From: Salpingoeca rosetta | Taxonomy: Eukaryota > Protista > Choanoflagellata | Length of the DNA stretch: 64,000 nucleotides | Assembly (NCBI GenBank): GCA_033442325.1 | Contig: JAWQFM010000035.1 | Location: 57,280-121,279 of the forward strand | Reading direction: 5' to 3' | Shown: positions 12,292 through 36,451 of the stretch, one piece after another | Numbering within the stretch: the stretch's first letter is position 1 | How the letters are laid out: every line of letters starts with the position of its first letter | Notes under the pieces: model-generated | What the model was told of the DNA's origin: nothing | Seen by the model: only the letters and a program-made list of their open reading frames with translations | The model's database searches: none | Position numbers and translations under genes: made by a program

Positions 12292-13249
12292 ATGCGTCCG
12301 AGTCCACGCATCGGTTTACACTTTTTTCTATGTCTGATGATGATGATTTTGATGACAGTGGACGCTGCCGTGGCTGGTGTTGTGCTGTTGCTGGGTGGTG
12401 TGGTGGCCACGCACGTGTGCGCGCTGCTGTGGCTCGTGTTGGCAAAGGCAGCAACCAGGCATGAGGACGGTGGCCGCACAATTGGCGCTGTGCGGCCTCC
12501 CATATCCATGATCAAGCCCATCAAAGGAAACAGCCCAACATTGCGAGGCAACCTTGAGTCGTGCTTCCGAGCTCTTTCGCCACAGGTGCGCGCGTGTGAG
12601 TGAGTTTATCTGTGTGAGCTTTTATGTGTGTATCTGTGTGTGTGTGTGTGTGTGTGCGCTCGCGCGCGTGTATTTGTGTGTGCATGCGTGGGCCGTGTGC
12701 GCACACCAAAAGTCTGCAAGTATTCGCATGCTATGCAACCAGTGGCCCTCCCTGCTCACGCTGCTCACACTGCGCGAGCTATTAGGATGATGAGATACTG
12801 ATGTGTGTGGAGACAGAAGAAGACCCGGCCCTTGCCATCGCGCGGCACGTTGCTGCTTCATACCCCAACATCACCTGCCGCTTCTTCACGCACGCTTCCA
12901 GCGTGGGTGTGAATCCAAAGATCAACAACATCTGTACGTGTGCATGCGTGTGCATTGTGTGTGAACGATACTGTACGCCTGCAAGCGGACTGATGTGCAC
13001 CGCAACATGAGTGCACGCCAAGCTCACAGCTGGCCACGGTGGTGTTCACCATTAGATGACGCCTTCCATGCTGCCGCACACGACTTTGTCTGGATCCACG
13101 ACGCCAACGTCTTCATCAACGACCCTTCCACGCCAGCGTGAGCAGCAGCTTGGGGAAGGCGTGCGTGCGTGCGTGTATGGATGTGTGCGTGCGTGTGTGT
13201 GTGTTTCGCAGGGACAGCAGATGCAGCGCCTGCTTGAACTTCAGCAATG

Positions 13250-13300
<51 letters not shown>

Positions 13301-13701
13301 TACATGGATTCACGCCTGCACCGCCCCCGCCCACCTGCAGTGTGATGGCTCGTACGCTTGCGTCATCACCATCAGTTGGCATCGTGCATCAACTGCCCAT
13401 CATAGCGCCAGCAGTGGACCTCGCAAACACAATCGAAGAGGTGGGAGGGAGCGTACGTGCCCCTGGGCACACGTGCTCTTGAGAACGAACAGTTCTGTCC
13501 TTGCACATGTCGCCACGCACGTCTCTCGTACACCAACTCCACCTCCCATGATCTCACACCCCATATGCTGATGTGCAGGTGTACTTTGCAACGCAGCATG
13601 CGCACATGTATGTGTTTGCGAATGTGACGGGTGCCAACTGCGTCAATGGCATGTCAAACATGTTTCGCCGATCCACGTTCAAAGCTATCTGTGCGTGTGT
13701 T

Positions 13702-13732
<31 letters not shown>

Positions 13733-14104
13733 TTGTGTGTTTGTGTGTGTGTGTGTGTTTGTGTGATTGTGTGTGTGTGTGTCTGTCTGTCTGTGTGTTT
13801 GTGTGTGTCTGTGTATTTGTCTGTGCGCACACGGCTGCTTGTGATTCTGGGTGAGTGCACCGGCTCGCATGCATGCTTAGTTTGAGCACGTTGCAGTCAC
13901 CATCATGCACAAATCCTCACCCCCGCCGCGTGTGCAGGTGGAGATCTCACGTCCGTTTCGCATCACATCGCCGAGGACTTCTTCATCTCAAAGGTCGTGC
14001 ACATGTGTTTGTGTGTCTTATCAGATAGGTGGGGTTGATTCCACCGCCACGCTCACATGTTTTCTTCAACGCCGCCAACGACACACACACACACACACAC
14101 ACTT

Positions 14105-14197
<93 letters not shown>

Positions 14198-14769
14198 GTG
14201 TCTCTCTCTCTGTCTCTCTGTCTCTCTTTCTGTCTCTCTCTCTCTCTCTCTCTCACTCTCACTTGCTCTCTCTGTCTCTCTCTCTCTCTCTTACATTCAC
14301 ACACACATACACTGTCAACAGGCGCTGCATGATGCTGGATTGCGTCATGTGCTGGCCCCGCCCCCCGCCGTGCAGCGGCAGCAGCCGCGAGCCATTGCCA
14401 ACATCGCTGCTCGACACCTTCGCTGGGGACGACTGCGACGCGGTAACACGCCGCTGCTGGCATTGCTCGAACCGCTGACAGAACCACTCATCCTCATCGT
14501 CATCGCATGCACTCTCCTCACTGTCTGCTGCCCTGGTGGTGGTGGTGGTGAGAGCACACGACTGCCGTCGTCGGTAGTCGTGGGTGGTCTTGACGTCGTG
14601 TCGTGGCGCACAGCCATTGCACTGCTTGCTGGCGTGTGGCTGGCCGTGGATGCAGCCACCATTGCTCTTCTTCGCTCCATGTGCACTCGAGTCAATGGCA
14701 GTCTCTCACAACAGCAGCAGCAGCAGCAGCGGAGCTTGTGCACCATCCCTCTGGCCTGGCTCATCCGAC

Positions 14770-14857
<88 letters not shown>

Positions 14858-15102
14858 ACACCTGTGCACGCGTGACCGCTTGCGTTGTCGTTGCTGCCAG
14901 CATCTTGTGTTTGTTTATGTTTTGTTTTTTGCGTTGACATGTACTCCCTGCGCGCTGACGACCACCACCACCTTTGTTTGTGCTTCGCCGTCCACAGGGG
15001 AGTGCGGTGCTGCTGTATATTGGGGCGCTGTCGTCGCGTGATGTGCACTGGCGCGGGCGGCAGTACCATGTCACCAGCACAGGCAGCCGCCCAATCACCT
15101 GA
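12292..15102 (+). CDS. UGCG: Ceramide glucosyltransferase (glucosylceramide synthase, GT21)
   Basis: N-terminal TM, then [68 protein letters not shown], the RHLRW (Q/RxxRW) motif and C-terminal VHWRGRQY. Stop at 15100-15102. The start could be 12292 or a downstream Met; the exon at about 13212-13249 is uncertain. Confidence 0.9.
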
Positions 15103-15441
15103 CAACGGCGGTGGTGGTGGTGGTGGTGGCGAATGATATTGTACGTTTCTACACGTTGCGTTGTGTCGATGTCATGTGTCACCCAAGGCCTTTTGTCTGT
15201 CTGGGCCAAATATGTTTATGTTTAGTTCGATTCGATTTGCATACGCCAGCAAGCAAGCAAGTGTGCACACGTGTCGATTAGCCAATGACATCACGAATAC
15301 ATATTAAACGAGGGCAAGTACGGCTATGGTTGCGTGACAACAGATCACAGAGAGGATCAATTCATCTCTGTCGCCATCGTGCATGTTGGCCAGGTTGTAT
15401 TGCACTGCTCGCCACCACCACTTGTCGTGCACATGTGCACA

Positions 15442-20743
<5,302 letters not shown>

Positions 20744-20881
20744 ATCCAGCAGTCCTGTCTTTCCTTTCGCCTTGCCGCTGGCAAACTGCTGACTCAGGAA
20801 TTGGTGCTGGAAAAGTATTGGAAGATTTGGCATGAGTCAGCCCTCGCGTGTTCACATTAGACAGAGCGTGTTCACAGAGTG

Positions 20882-20902
20882 CCTTTTTCTTCCTTTGCCT
20901 CT
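20882..20902 (+). promoter_or_regulatory. Putative TCT/5'TOP-like pyrimidine tract at the start of the RPS18 non-coding exon
   Basis: CCTTTTTCTTCCTTTGCCTCT, followed by a short exon, a GTGAG donor at 20932 and a CACAG acceptor ending at 21253, just before the RPS18 ATG. Confidence 0.45.
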
Positions 20903-21254
20903 GTCGCCCACCACCACCACAAGCGATACACGTGAGGCAGCCTGTGTTGGTTATGAGAGCAGCCAGCCTCTCGGTGCTGCTGTTCATGCGTGCGTGTGTG
21001 TCTGTGTGTGCATGTGTGTGTCTGTGTGTGAATGTGTGTGTCTGTGTGTGAATGTGCTTGCTCATGCGTGCCACGACAAGCACGCACAGCCATGTGCCAC
21101 ATCACACCCAGATGCACCGCATTTGCACGTACAGCTGCACAAGTGTACATGTGATTTTTTTTTGACGCCACTGCCTGCTTCCCGCATCAGCTCACCGCCA
21201 TCATCACCTCTGCCCAACCTTGCCCTTCCCTTTCCCTGCCCGCTTCCACACAGG

Positions 21255-21440
21255 ATGTCGATCGTCTTCCCGCAGGAGTTCCAGCACATCCTTCGTGTTC
21301 TCAACACGAACTTGGCTGGTGAGGAGAACATCATGTACTCGCTCACCGCCATCCGTGGTGTGGGCCGCCGCTACTCCAACCTCTGCCTCAAGAAGGCCGA
21401 GATTAACCAGAAGCAGCGCGCCGGTCAGCTGGTGCGTAGC

Positions 21441-21472
<32 letters not shown>

Positions 21473-22599
21473 CAGGTACTTTTGTGTTTGTCGTTGTGTC
21501 AGTGCGAATGTGGGCATGCGCAGCCACGAACCGCCCCGCGACGATGAAAGAAAGATTCGCCGTCGATGGTGATGAGAAGGGAACATGTGTGCAGAGAGCA
21601 CAGCTGCAGCGAGGGTGGAGACGACGCGCAGACCCTCCCAGATCTCCATCACCAGCTGTCTCCGTTTGTCTGGTGGTGCTGTGCCTGTGCAGACCACGGC
21701 TCTCTCGACCACAGCACTCCCAGCCAGCCAGCTCAATCCTTGTTGCTGTCATGTGCGCATCCACTCTTCCTTCCATGCTCACCCACTCCACCAAACTTTG
21801 CACACACGCACACACACTCACTCACACACACACACACACACACACACACGTTCCCTCCGTCTCCCTTGTTCTTCCACGCCACCAATGCAGAACAACGACG
21901 ATGTTGATCGCATTGTCAAGGTCATGCAGAACCCCCTCCAGTACAAAATCCCCAAGTGGTTCCTCAACAGGCAAAAGGACCCCAAGGACGGCGCATACCA
22001 GCACTGCGTTGCCAACGACCTCAACTCCAAGCTCCGCGGTAAGCAGCAGTGATGCGTGCGTGTGTGTGCGTGTGTGTGAGAGTTGCATGTGCTGTCCTTT
22101 GCGAGGTGACGTTGGTGTGCATTTGTGTTGCTGTTGCACGGTGACCCGAAGCCCTCTGCTATCCGTCCTGAACCCACCTTGCCACTTTGTTTCATCGCTG
22201 ATTATGTTCTTCTTTACATATTGTGTGTTGTTTCGTGTCACCAGACGACTTTGAGCGCATGAAGAAGATGCGCCTTCACCGCGGTATCCGTCACATGTGG
22301 GGGTGAGTCTTCTATGTCATGTCAACTTTGCTCTGCCGTGTGTGGGCGGTTGCACTGGTGGGCTTGGTGGTGGTGGCCAAGTCACGTGCTTGGGGTGTGT
22401 GCGTGACCGCTTTAATTGCTGTGCATCTTCATCATATTGCTTTGCGGTTCACTCACCACATTGATGTTTTGTTGTTCCCCGCTTGCCCTCCCATTTGCCA
22501 TCGCCACACACGTACAGCGTGCGCGTGCGCGGTCAACACACAAAGACGACTGGCCGTCGCGGCAAGACCGTCGGTGTCGCCAAGAAGAAGGGCCTGTAA
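21255..22599 (+). CDS. RPS18: 40S ribosomal protein S18 (uS13)
   Basis: Exons 21255-21431, 21891-22038, 22245-22302 and 22518-22599 give [20 protein letters not shown]...[13 protein letters not shown]...[35 protein letters not shown]. Confidence 0.97.
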
Positions 22600-23016
22600 G
22601 CCTCTACCAGCGACGTCTTCTTTGGCCCCGTGTGCTTGTCTCTTCAATGTCGTTTGTTTGTGGCTGTTGCTCTTTGCTTCTTGTGTGGTGGTGAACAACA
22701 GGGCATCGAACCGTTGTCTGAGCTTCGCTTGCTTGCCTGCTCGCGTCTCCACCCCACATTTGCACACATACACACACATATAATGCACACCCATCCAGAC
22801 ACCAGACCAAGAGAGTGACGGCCAGAATACACACGCCATCACTCGAGTCACCCGTCAAGCGAGAGAAAGTGGAAAAGAAGCGAAGTCGAGGGACAACAGC
22901 CGCGTGCGTCTGAATTGTGCTGCCTTTTTCTTCTTCTTCTGTTCCCACACACAGCAACAGCAACACGCGCGCGCTCCACTGCACTGCACATCGCATCTGA
23001 AGCCACACCAAAGACA

Positions 23017-27925
<4,909 letters not shown>

Positions 27926-28070
27926 TGCTCAGCAGCAGCAACAACAGCAGGTTCTGCTTCCACAACAACGTCACGTGTATGAATACATCATGTGCACGCG
28001 TGACAAGGGTGGCTGACGTGTTGCTTGTGGCTGTGGACATTGTGTTGGATGTTCCCTACTATCGAATGTA

Positions 28071-28111
<41 letters not shown>

Positions 28112-28287
28112 CGTGTGTGTGCATTGTGTTGCGTGTTGCTTCTCAGCTGTCGAAGTTCCTTCTGCGGTTTAGCCCAAACACATGCGCGCCCAATGAAGAG
28201 ATGAACACATCGTTGCGTAGTGGTACGCGTGTCTGTTTACAATCACATCACACCCGCGAACAATGGGTGCATAGCGAGTACAACACA

Positions 28288-28318
<31 letters not shown>

Positions 28319-28496
28319 TACACACAATATAAAAGAGGGGTTGAGCCTATCAGATACTCGAAAAACAAAAACGTTTACTCTCAAGAAGTAGACGTTGGGA
28401 AGTAATGTAACAACAGAACTGTGCGATAAAATGTTCCTTTAGCTGTTCACTATCACTATCCACCACCACCATTCGTCGTGGTCGTTGTTGTCGTCA

Positions 28497-28888
28497 TCAG
28501 TGCAAGGGTGCGGTGGAGGCGAGGATGGACTTGACCTTGATCACCGTTGCCCAGATGACGCCGTTTGCAATGACAGCACGTGCACAGCACGTCGCAAACC
28601 CGCGATAGAAACCCGCAACGCCAAACGAGCTGTGGATGTAGCGTGCAGCGGCGGCGTAGGTCGGGTGCCTGCCATGACACGCGCAGATGGCGGGGGGGGG
28701 GGGAGGTCATGGCGTTGATGTTAAGGGGTGTGATGTGAACGGAAGGGTCGCAACATGGTAATGATTGCTCAATGGAAATGGTTTTCATGTGCGCACGCAC
28801 GCATTCATAACCCTTAATTCAAACGTTCTAACGTTACCCACAAACACACACACACACACACACAACACACACACACACACACACGTTG

Positions 28889-28919
<31 letters not shown>

Positions 28920-30628
28920 TGCACACACATTGCACACACACACACACACACGTTGCACACACACACACACAGAACAAAACACACACACACACACACACAC
29001 GCACACAACGGACCTGCGCTGCGCCGGGTCGATGGCGTCTGACATGAGGACGGACTTGAGCACGTCCGTTGGATATGTCGTGACCCAATACATGAGACCA
29101 GCGATGCCGCCGCACGCAAAGTTGAACAGCACGGGGAGATCGTCCACCTTGTAGTTGAGGTGGCGGGCGCCGAGCGTGCGCCCATACTCAAAGCAACCAA
29201 AGTAGACGGCATTGGCGGGGATGTTGCGGAGCAGCGTGGCGTGCAGGGCCTGGTACGGGCCGCGGATAACGCCGTTGGTGCGAACACACTCCCGCGCCAC
29301 GTCCAGCACAGACCGCCGCATAGCAGTCTCTGGCAGTGGCCGTGACGTCGCAAACAGTGTGGGCCATAAACGTGGGGATGGGATGTACAAGGCAGGGGAC
29401 CATGGTGACGTGTGAGGGAACACAGTGAAGCGGTGAAGTGCGTTGGAGGGGGGGGGGAGGGAGAGGCACGCAAACTGGTGTGCGAGACACCTTGTGCATG
29501 TACGTGCGACCGGTGTCTCGCACACACACACACACACTCTCTCTCTCTCTCACCCACATCCACACACACACACACGCACACACACACACACGCACACACA
29601 CTCACACAAACACACACACACACAAAAACACACACACACACACAAACACAAACACACGCACACACTTCGGTGGATGTCTGTTTGCACTTGGGACTTGAAG
29701 AGATCGATGGGGCTCTCCACCATGGCTGCGGCAGCGCCAGTCATTGCGCCGGCGGCAAAGTAGTGCAGCGCTGGGAGCCGTTGGCCATTCTCTTCCCGCA
29801 GCCACTGCAGCAGCCGCGTGCTCTGCCCAAAGGAGAAGAATAGCGTGGCTCGGAAGAACATCTGGCCCGCCAGCGGCGATGTCACGCCTGAGGCAGATGA
29901 AAGGGGGGGAGTGTGTTCAATTGGTAGTGGTGTTGTTGTTGACGACGACGACGAATGGTGGTAGTGGTGGTGGTGATGAGTGGATCGGAGGGGAGAGTTA
30001 CACAAGCCAAAGATCGCGGAAAGAGAAGCAAAGCACAGACACACACACACGCGCGCGCGCGCGCACGCACACACACACATGCACACAAACGCACGGACCT
30101 TTGTAAAAGCCACTGATGCCTTCCTGTGCCCATGTTTTGTGAACGCAGTCCAATGTTGAGCTGCAAAGCGAATCGTGCAGGCGTCAATCCTGCGCATCAC
30201 ATCACGCCACATCGCCCAGCACCGCAGCACACGACTACAATGCTGCATAACAGCATCCACGCGGTGACGCTCAACCTCACCTGTACACTGGGTTGGTCTT
30301 TGGCTGCGTCTGCAGACGAACCTACGGAGCATCAACAAGAAGAACAAATCAGCCACGAGAAAAGCAGACCTCAGAGGTTTTGAGTGTAGCGATTCACCAC
30401 CTCGCACTGTGACAAAGCGGCAGTGTAAGCGGCAGTGTAAGCGGCAGTGCAAGTGGCAGTGCAAGCGGCAGTGCAAGTGGCAGTGCAAGCGACAGTGATG
30501 GCACTCATTTCCCGTAGACAATGGCGACACGAAACGCACAAACACAGACCGACCTTGACTGTGTCAAAGGGGTGGCCAACAAGGGTGAGCGCAATCCCCC
30601 CGACGGTGCCAGCTATCACATCGTCCAT
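28497..30628 (-). CDS. Mitochondrial carrier (SLC25), carnitine/acylcarnitine or basic amino acid carrier-like
   Basis: Three Px[D/E]xx[K/R] signatures (HPFDTVK, SPIDLFK, YPTDVLK), plus GVTSPLAGQMFF and LLRNIPANAVYFG. Last exon ends ...STAPLH*. Confidence 0.92.
30417..30497 (+). repeat. 12-bp tandem minisatellite GYGGCAGTGYAA, about 6.5 copies, in the first intron of the carrier gene
   Basis: gcggcagtgtaa gcggcagtgtaa gcggcagtgcaa gtggcagtgcaa gcggcagtgcaa gtggcagtgcaa gcgacagtg. Confidence 0.9.
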
Positions 30629-30684
30629 GCTTGCTTGGCTTGCTTGGCTTGCTTCTCGCAACCACTGTCTGTCTGTCTGTCTCT

Positions 30685-30721
<37 letters not shown>

Positions 30722-33120
30722 TGCGTGCGTGTGCGTGCGTGTGTATGTCTGCCTGTCTGCCTGCCTGCCTGTCTGTCTGCTGCTCGTGTTGCTGGAGCGC
30801 GCCGTGTCCGTTGCTTCGCTCGTCCGCGCGTCAATTGGCGTACGACAGCACAACTTTTGCGGCTGACTTTGGGATTGATGGCGTCATTTGCGATAATTTA
30901 CGTATATTTTCATGTAAAAATCGGACGGCCCACGCCACATTGCCAGATTTCCCAATTTTTGTTTATTCTGCCCGATTCTTTCACGACTTTTCGTTTGCCA
31001 ACACGCACCGCAACCCACACCCGTCCTCCTCCCCTTCTGTCCTCCTCCTCGCTCACCATCCACCACCATCAACGCGACACACACACACAGGTGCGTGGCT
31101 GGCTCTCCTTGCCTTGCCTTGCTGTGATGCGACCGGCACGAACTCCAACCAATCCGCCAACCAACCAGCCAACCAACCCCCAAAGGGCACACACGCTACG
31201 ACACATCACCTTTACTTCTCGCCTTTGTTTTTTATTGGCTTCCTTTCTTGCTTGCTTGTTGTCTTGCTTCGCCATCAATCATCATCACTGCTTCGCGAGG
31301 CAGGACTTGCTTCCTGCTCTTGCTCAATCATACCGCTCACATCAACGCACACACCACACACACGCACACACACACGCACATACACACACCGCATCACACG
31401 CATCACACGCACGCACACGTACGCTCACACATACACACACCACCACGCGTCACGCCATACGAACCAACCAGAGCACATCCATCTTCAACTGACACACAAC
31501 CTACCAGCATCACGCACGCCATCAGGTACCGTTTGTGTTTCGCGTGCTCATGTTTCGCTTTTGACACCAGGTCGTGCGTTGTTTCGGGCTGGTCCTGCGA
31601 GCCTCGTGTGCGTGCGTGTGCGTGTTTGCCTGCGTGTGCCTGTGTGTGCGAGTGTGCGTGCGAACGCACGCACAATGGCCAGGGTGCGTCCTACTTCTCC
31701 CTCTTTCCCCTTTTGTCTTCCTCTTCCCTTCCTTCGTCTGATTGCCCTTCCCACTTCGCGCGGCTCCCCAAGCAAGTGATTTTCAACTGCCACCTTCCCC
31801 TCCTCTCGATGTTTTTCTCGTGTCTGTTGGATGTGTTGACATGCAATCCTACGTGTGTGTCACGCACGGACTGCCTGTCGTCGACACGAGACTTTGAAGC
31901 CGCGCTGTCCTTGTTGATTGCCTCCACCCTATTGCGTCTTGCATCCTTCGGCCGTTGCATTTCTCTTCCCACCTGTTCTCTCGCCATCTTTGTGTCCCTT
32001 GTAATTGCGAGCGGCGCATGTTCTCGCACTTGCGTGATGACGCTGGCTTTTTGTGGCAGTGGCCCGTCTGTCATCTGCGACCGTTACGGCTGCAGTGCAA
32101 CGCGCATGCGCATGATGCGCATGATGCGCCCGAACCGCTTCTAAACACACCGCTGCCATTGCTCGTGCTTTGCGCTTTTGTCCTACTTCCTCCTTCTGCC
32201 GCGCCCGCGTCGCATCTTTCCCATGTCCTCTCCCCCACCCTCTGGTTTCTGCTGCGCGCTTTGCTTTCGTGTCGTGCTGCAGCCGACTGCACCCGCCTGC
32301 GTTTGGGGCTGCCGTGGGTGCGGTGTCGTGGTCGGTGTGGGTGGTTGCTTGCTGACTATTTATTATCGCTGGCGGTGTCCTTTCTTCTTCCCTCGCTGCC
32401 TGGGTGCGGTCACTTGGTCGTTTACCACTCCACCCTCACCTGCCAGCACCCAAATCAAGCAAGACCGCGGTGCGGTGGCTCTCCCTGCTCGCACCATTGT
32501 TTCCATGACTTCATTTCCTCCATTGCCATCGACCTGTCCCCCTCCCCTCTTCGTTCCCCTTGCCACCATTGTATTACCACCTCGCACCTCCTGTTGCGAA
32601 CCCCCCTCGCTCGCTGCGGGTCTTGTTCATGTTGATGTGGCTCGCAGCTAACACTCCTTCCATTCAGCATCCGCCGTAGTGTATTGGGTGCTGGCTGTCC
32701 CACCACGCACACACCGTGCACAAGCGTCCTTTGCTTGCACGGCTCCCACAACAACCTCTTACCCCGTCCCCGTTCCCTTCTCCTCCTCCTTCCTTTTCTT
32801 TGCGTCTTCTTGACGCCTCCCTTGTCCCTGCCCTGTTCGCTGGGCTCGTGTGTCGACACCTGACCACCCTTCTTCCGCTCCTCCTTCCCCATTCATCCAT
32901 CCTACCTGCCTTTTTTTCCCTCCTTCATCATCACTCCCTGCGCAATACGCACCCGCGCGCTCGCACGCCATCTCATAACCACCCCCCCCTCCCTCCGTGC
33001 TTGCCTCCTCTCCCTGGCCTCACATCTCACGGCCAACTCACGGCCAACTCACGGCTGCTTGTGTGCTTGATTGCTTGGTTGATTGATTGATTGCCCACAA
33101 CAACACCAACGACCGTCGCC

Positions 33121-36100
33121 ATGCAGCGCTACTTCTTCTCATCGCTCCCGCTGATTGTGCCCCAGCACCCAGCAACACCGCCCGCCTCCACCCCGGGCCT
33201 CTCCCCGCTCCGCTACACGCACCCAACTTACCAACACCACCCGCTGCCTTACCCCTATCCCTACCAACAGAAGCCGCAGCAGCAGCAGCAGCAGCAGTAC
33301 AAGTCCAAGTTTGTGTACTCGCCCCCGTTTCAGCTGCTCACCCCGCCCGCCCCAACAGCGACAGCAGCGCGAACACCGCAACTGTCGCCAATGACGCCGC
33401 AACCGCCCGGGCCCGGAGCAGCGGTGCTGCACCCGCAGCCGCCATCCCCCGCCACCCAATACCAGGCATACCCACACGTGCAACAACAACAACAGCAGCA
33501 GCAGCAGCAACAGCAACAGCGGCAACAGCAGCAGCGGGTGCCTGGTGGTGTCGGCAGTACTGAGGCTGTGTCACGTGGATACCAACCCAAGGCGAGCCAG
33601 CCAATGGCGATGACAATGGCGATGGCGATGAATGGTGGGACGGCCACCAAGCAGCATCAGGTGTGCAGCACAGCAGGCATGGCCAACGGTCCGCTGTCAG
33701 CCACCATGTCGCTCCCCGCCACGCCAGCAACACCACTGACCCCACAGGCGTCTGCAGCAGGCACGGTCACAACGACAACAACGACAACAACGACAGTAGC
33801 GGCGGCGGCCACTGACAGCGTGTCGCTGTCACGGGAGGCGTCTGATGCTGCCGACGCAACCGTCCACACCAAGACCGCAACCAGTGGCTGCACGCGTGTC
33901 AACAGCAAGGACGGCGGCAAGAAGGACGTGTCGTCGCCCGCGTCTTTGGAATCGCCGCTGGTGCGGTCGCGCGAGGGAAGTGCCAGCGACGGCAGCGCTG
34001 ATGACGAGGACGTGTCTGCAGGCGTCGACAGCCCAAGCAGTGCAGGCTCAGCCGCCACAACCACCAGCACAACCGCCACCACGATGCATGGCGGTGTTGA
34101 TGGTGTTGATGGTGGCAGCCGGCGTGCGAGCGACCCGGCCATCAGCCCCGGTGCCGCAGAGCCAGCAGCAGATGGCAACAGCGCCACCGCTCCCCAGCAC
34201 CAGCACCACCAGCAGGCAGCGGTTGTGTCGAGCATATCACCACCAGCAGCAGCCGCAACCAACGCCGTGGCGCTGAAGACCTGCATTTCAAACACCAGCA
34301 ACTCAAGCAACACGAGCAACTCGAGCAACTCAAGCAACACGAGCAACAGCGCTGGCGTGTCGACAGGACATGGGTATTCGTCGATGGTGCCGGGCGGCCG
34401 GGCGTACCCGCTGCAGGCAGCGAACTCCATGCCACCACAGCAGCAACAGCAACGGCAGCAGCCGACAATGGGGACGCCAATGATGCAGCACGGGCAGTAC
34501 ATGCACACAGCAATGCAGCAGCAGCAGCGGCCAGCAATGGCGGGCGTAAACCAGTACCAGGCTTGGGGCTATGCAGTGTGGCAGTCGACACAACAGCACG
34601 GCGCTGCGCCCACCGGCACAATGTCTGGCAGCAACAGCAACAGCGGCACCAGCAGCACCAGCAGCAGCGCATATCGCCCAATGCCCATGGCGGGATACAG
34701 CGGCACTTCACCCGCGCCCCTGGCCCACACCTGGCAGCAGCAGCAGCAAGGCGGGGCTGACCTCACCCAGAGCAACGGCAGCGCGGTGAACAAAACAAAA
34801 AAGACAACAGCGACAGTGAGCGCTAGCACCAGCAACAATGGTACTGGTACCGTTAAGGCTGAGCTGACGGCCGCTGTCAGCAGCACAAAGACGAGTGCCA
34901 CACCGAAGAACACAACGACGACGCCAGCCCCAGTGAAGCAGGAGCCCGCAGCCAATGCGAAATCGTGGCGGCCACAGCCAATCACAGCACCATCGCCAGC
35001 AGCAGCGACGATGGCGGTGAAGAAAGAGGCAAGGCAGCCAACGACTACAACGGCAACAGAGGCGCAAGTGGTGGCGTCACACGGGGAGCAGGGAGAGGCG
35101 GCACTCGCCATGATGTCCATGATCGAGAACATGCATGCCCAGGCACCCGCCACAGCCACGTCCACGTCCACGTCCACGGCGACAGCAGCAACGACGCCAA
35201 CGTCAAGCGCCGTGAAGAGCAGCACCAGCAGCACCAGCGCGGCGGCGCCGCCACTCTACCAACAGCAGCAACGGCTTGTTTCATCGTCGTCGTCGTCGTC
35301 GTCATCGATGCTGCCTGCGACAAGCATGGCGGGGCAGACGCTGAGCGGCGTGTCTGTGATGTCGCCGTACAGTCTGCAGAGCTACAACCCGCAGCAGTAC
35401 CAGCAGCAGCAGGGCTACATGCAGGGCCAGCACTCGCCCTACTATGCCCAACCCATGCAGCGGCAGCAGCAGCACCAGAATGGCGGGCATGGGCCACAGG
35501 GCACCAAGCTGTCAACAACGACACCAACCCCAGCTACCGCCACAGCGACTGCGACCACGCCTATCGGTGTTGCCCCCGCCACCTCGACCAACGGCCGCGG
35601 CAGTGGTGCTGATGGTGATGGTGTGACGACTGGTGCCATGATGGCGCCAACAACGGCGAGCGGTGAAGGGCGGTTTGTGTGCAACGTGTGCAACCGCACG
35701 TTCTCGTGCTCGTCCAACCTGCACCGCCACCACCGCACACACACGGGGGAGCGGCCGTACGCGTGTGCGCACTGCGGGGAGCGGTTTGTGAACAGCAGCA
35801 ACCGGAACAAGCACGAGCAGGCGCATGCGGCGCGGGCGCTGCGGTCGCTCGGGCAGAAGGGCGGCATCACAACAGAGCTGCAGCAGGCCGACCAGCTCGC
35901 CATCGCCCGGGTACGTACGCACGCACCAACGCGTCGCTGTGTCGGCCGGGTGTTGCTAGAGGAATGGGCAGGGGTGTTGGGCAGGGGTGTTGATCAACGA
36001 AAACGAGAGAAGGAGAAAAAAGGGTGATGTGTGTTTTGTTTGTTGTGGGGAGGAAGAGCGTGTGCTCAGTTGTTCTTTTGTGCGTGCTGTTGCTGTGTGC

Positions 36101-36378
36101 GTACCCCGTGATTCCGTGACTTCACCTGCTCGCTCTGTTCCTCATGCCCATCCTCCCTCTGTGCGTTCCCGCACGTCTCAGATCCAACAGGAGGCGGCGA
36201 ACAACCCGCTGCAGCTGCTTGCGCTGACGATGCAGATGATGGATGAGGGCCCCGATGCCCCCAAGCGGAAGCGCTCAAAGCCGCGCTCCACCAAGCGACA
36301 CCTCTGTGCTGACTGCGGCAAGACTTTCTCCTGCTCCTCCAACCTCCACAGGCACCGCCGCGTGCACACAGGTGTGTG

Positions 36379-36451
<73 letters not shown>

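Noticed and set aside
30417-30497. 12-bp repeat array considered as CRISPR-like or coding (LHCR/TAAC repeats)
   Set aside because: No spacers, eukaryotic context, and it lies inside an intron.
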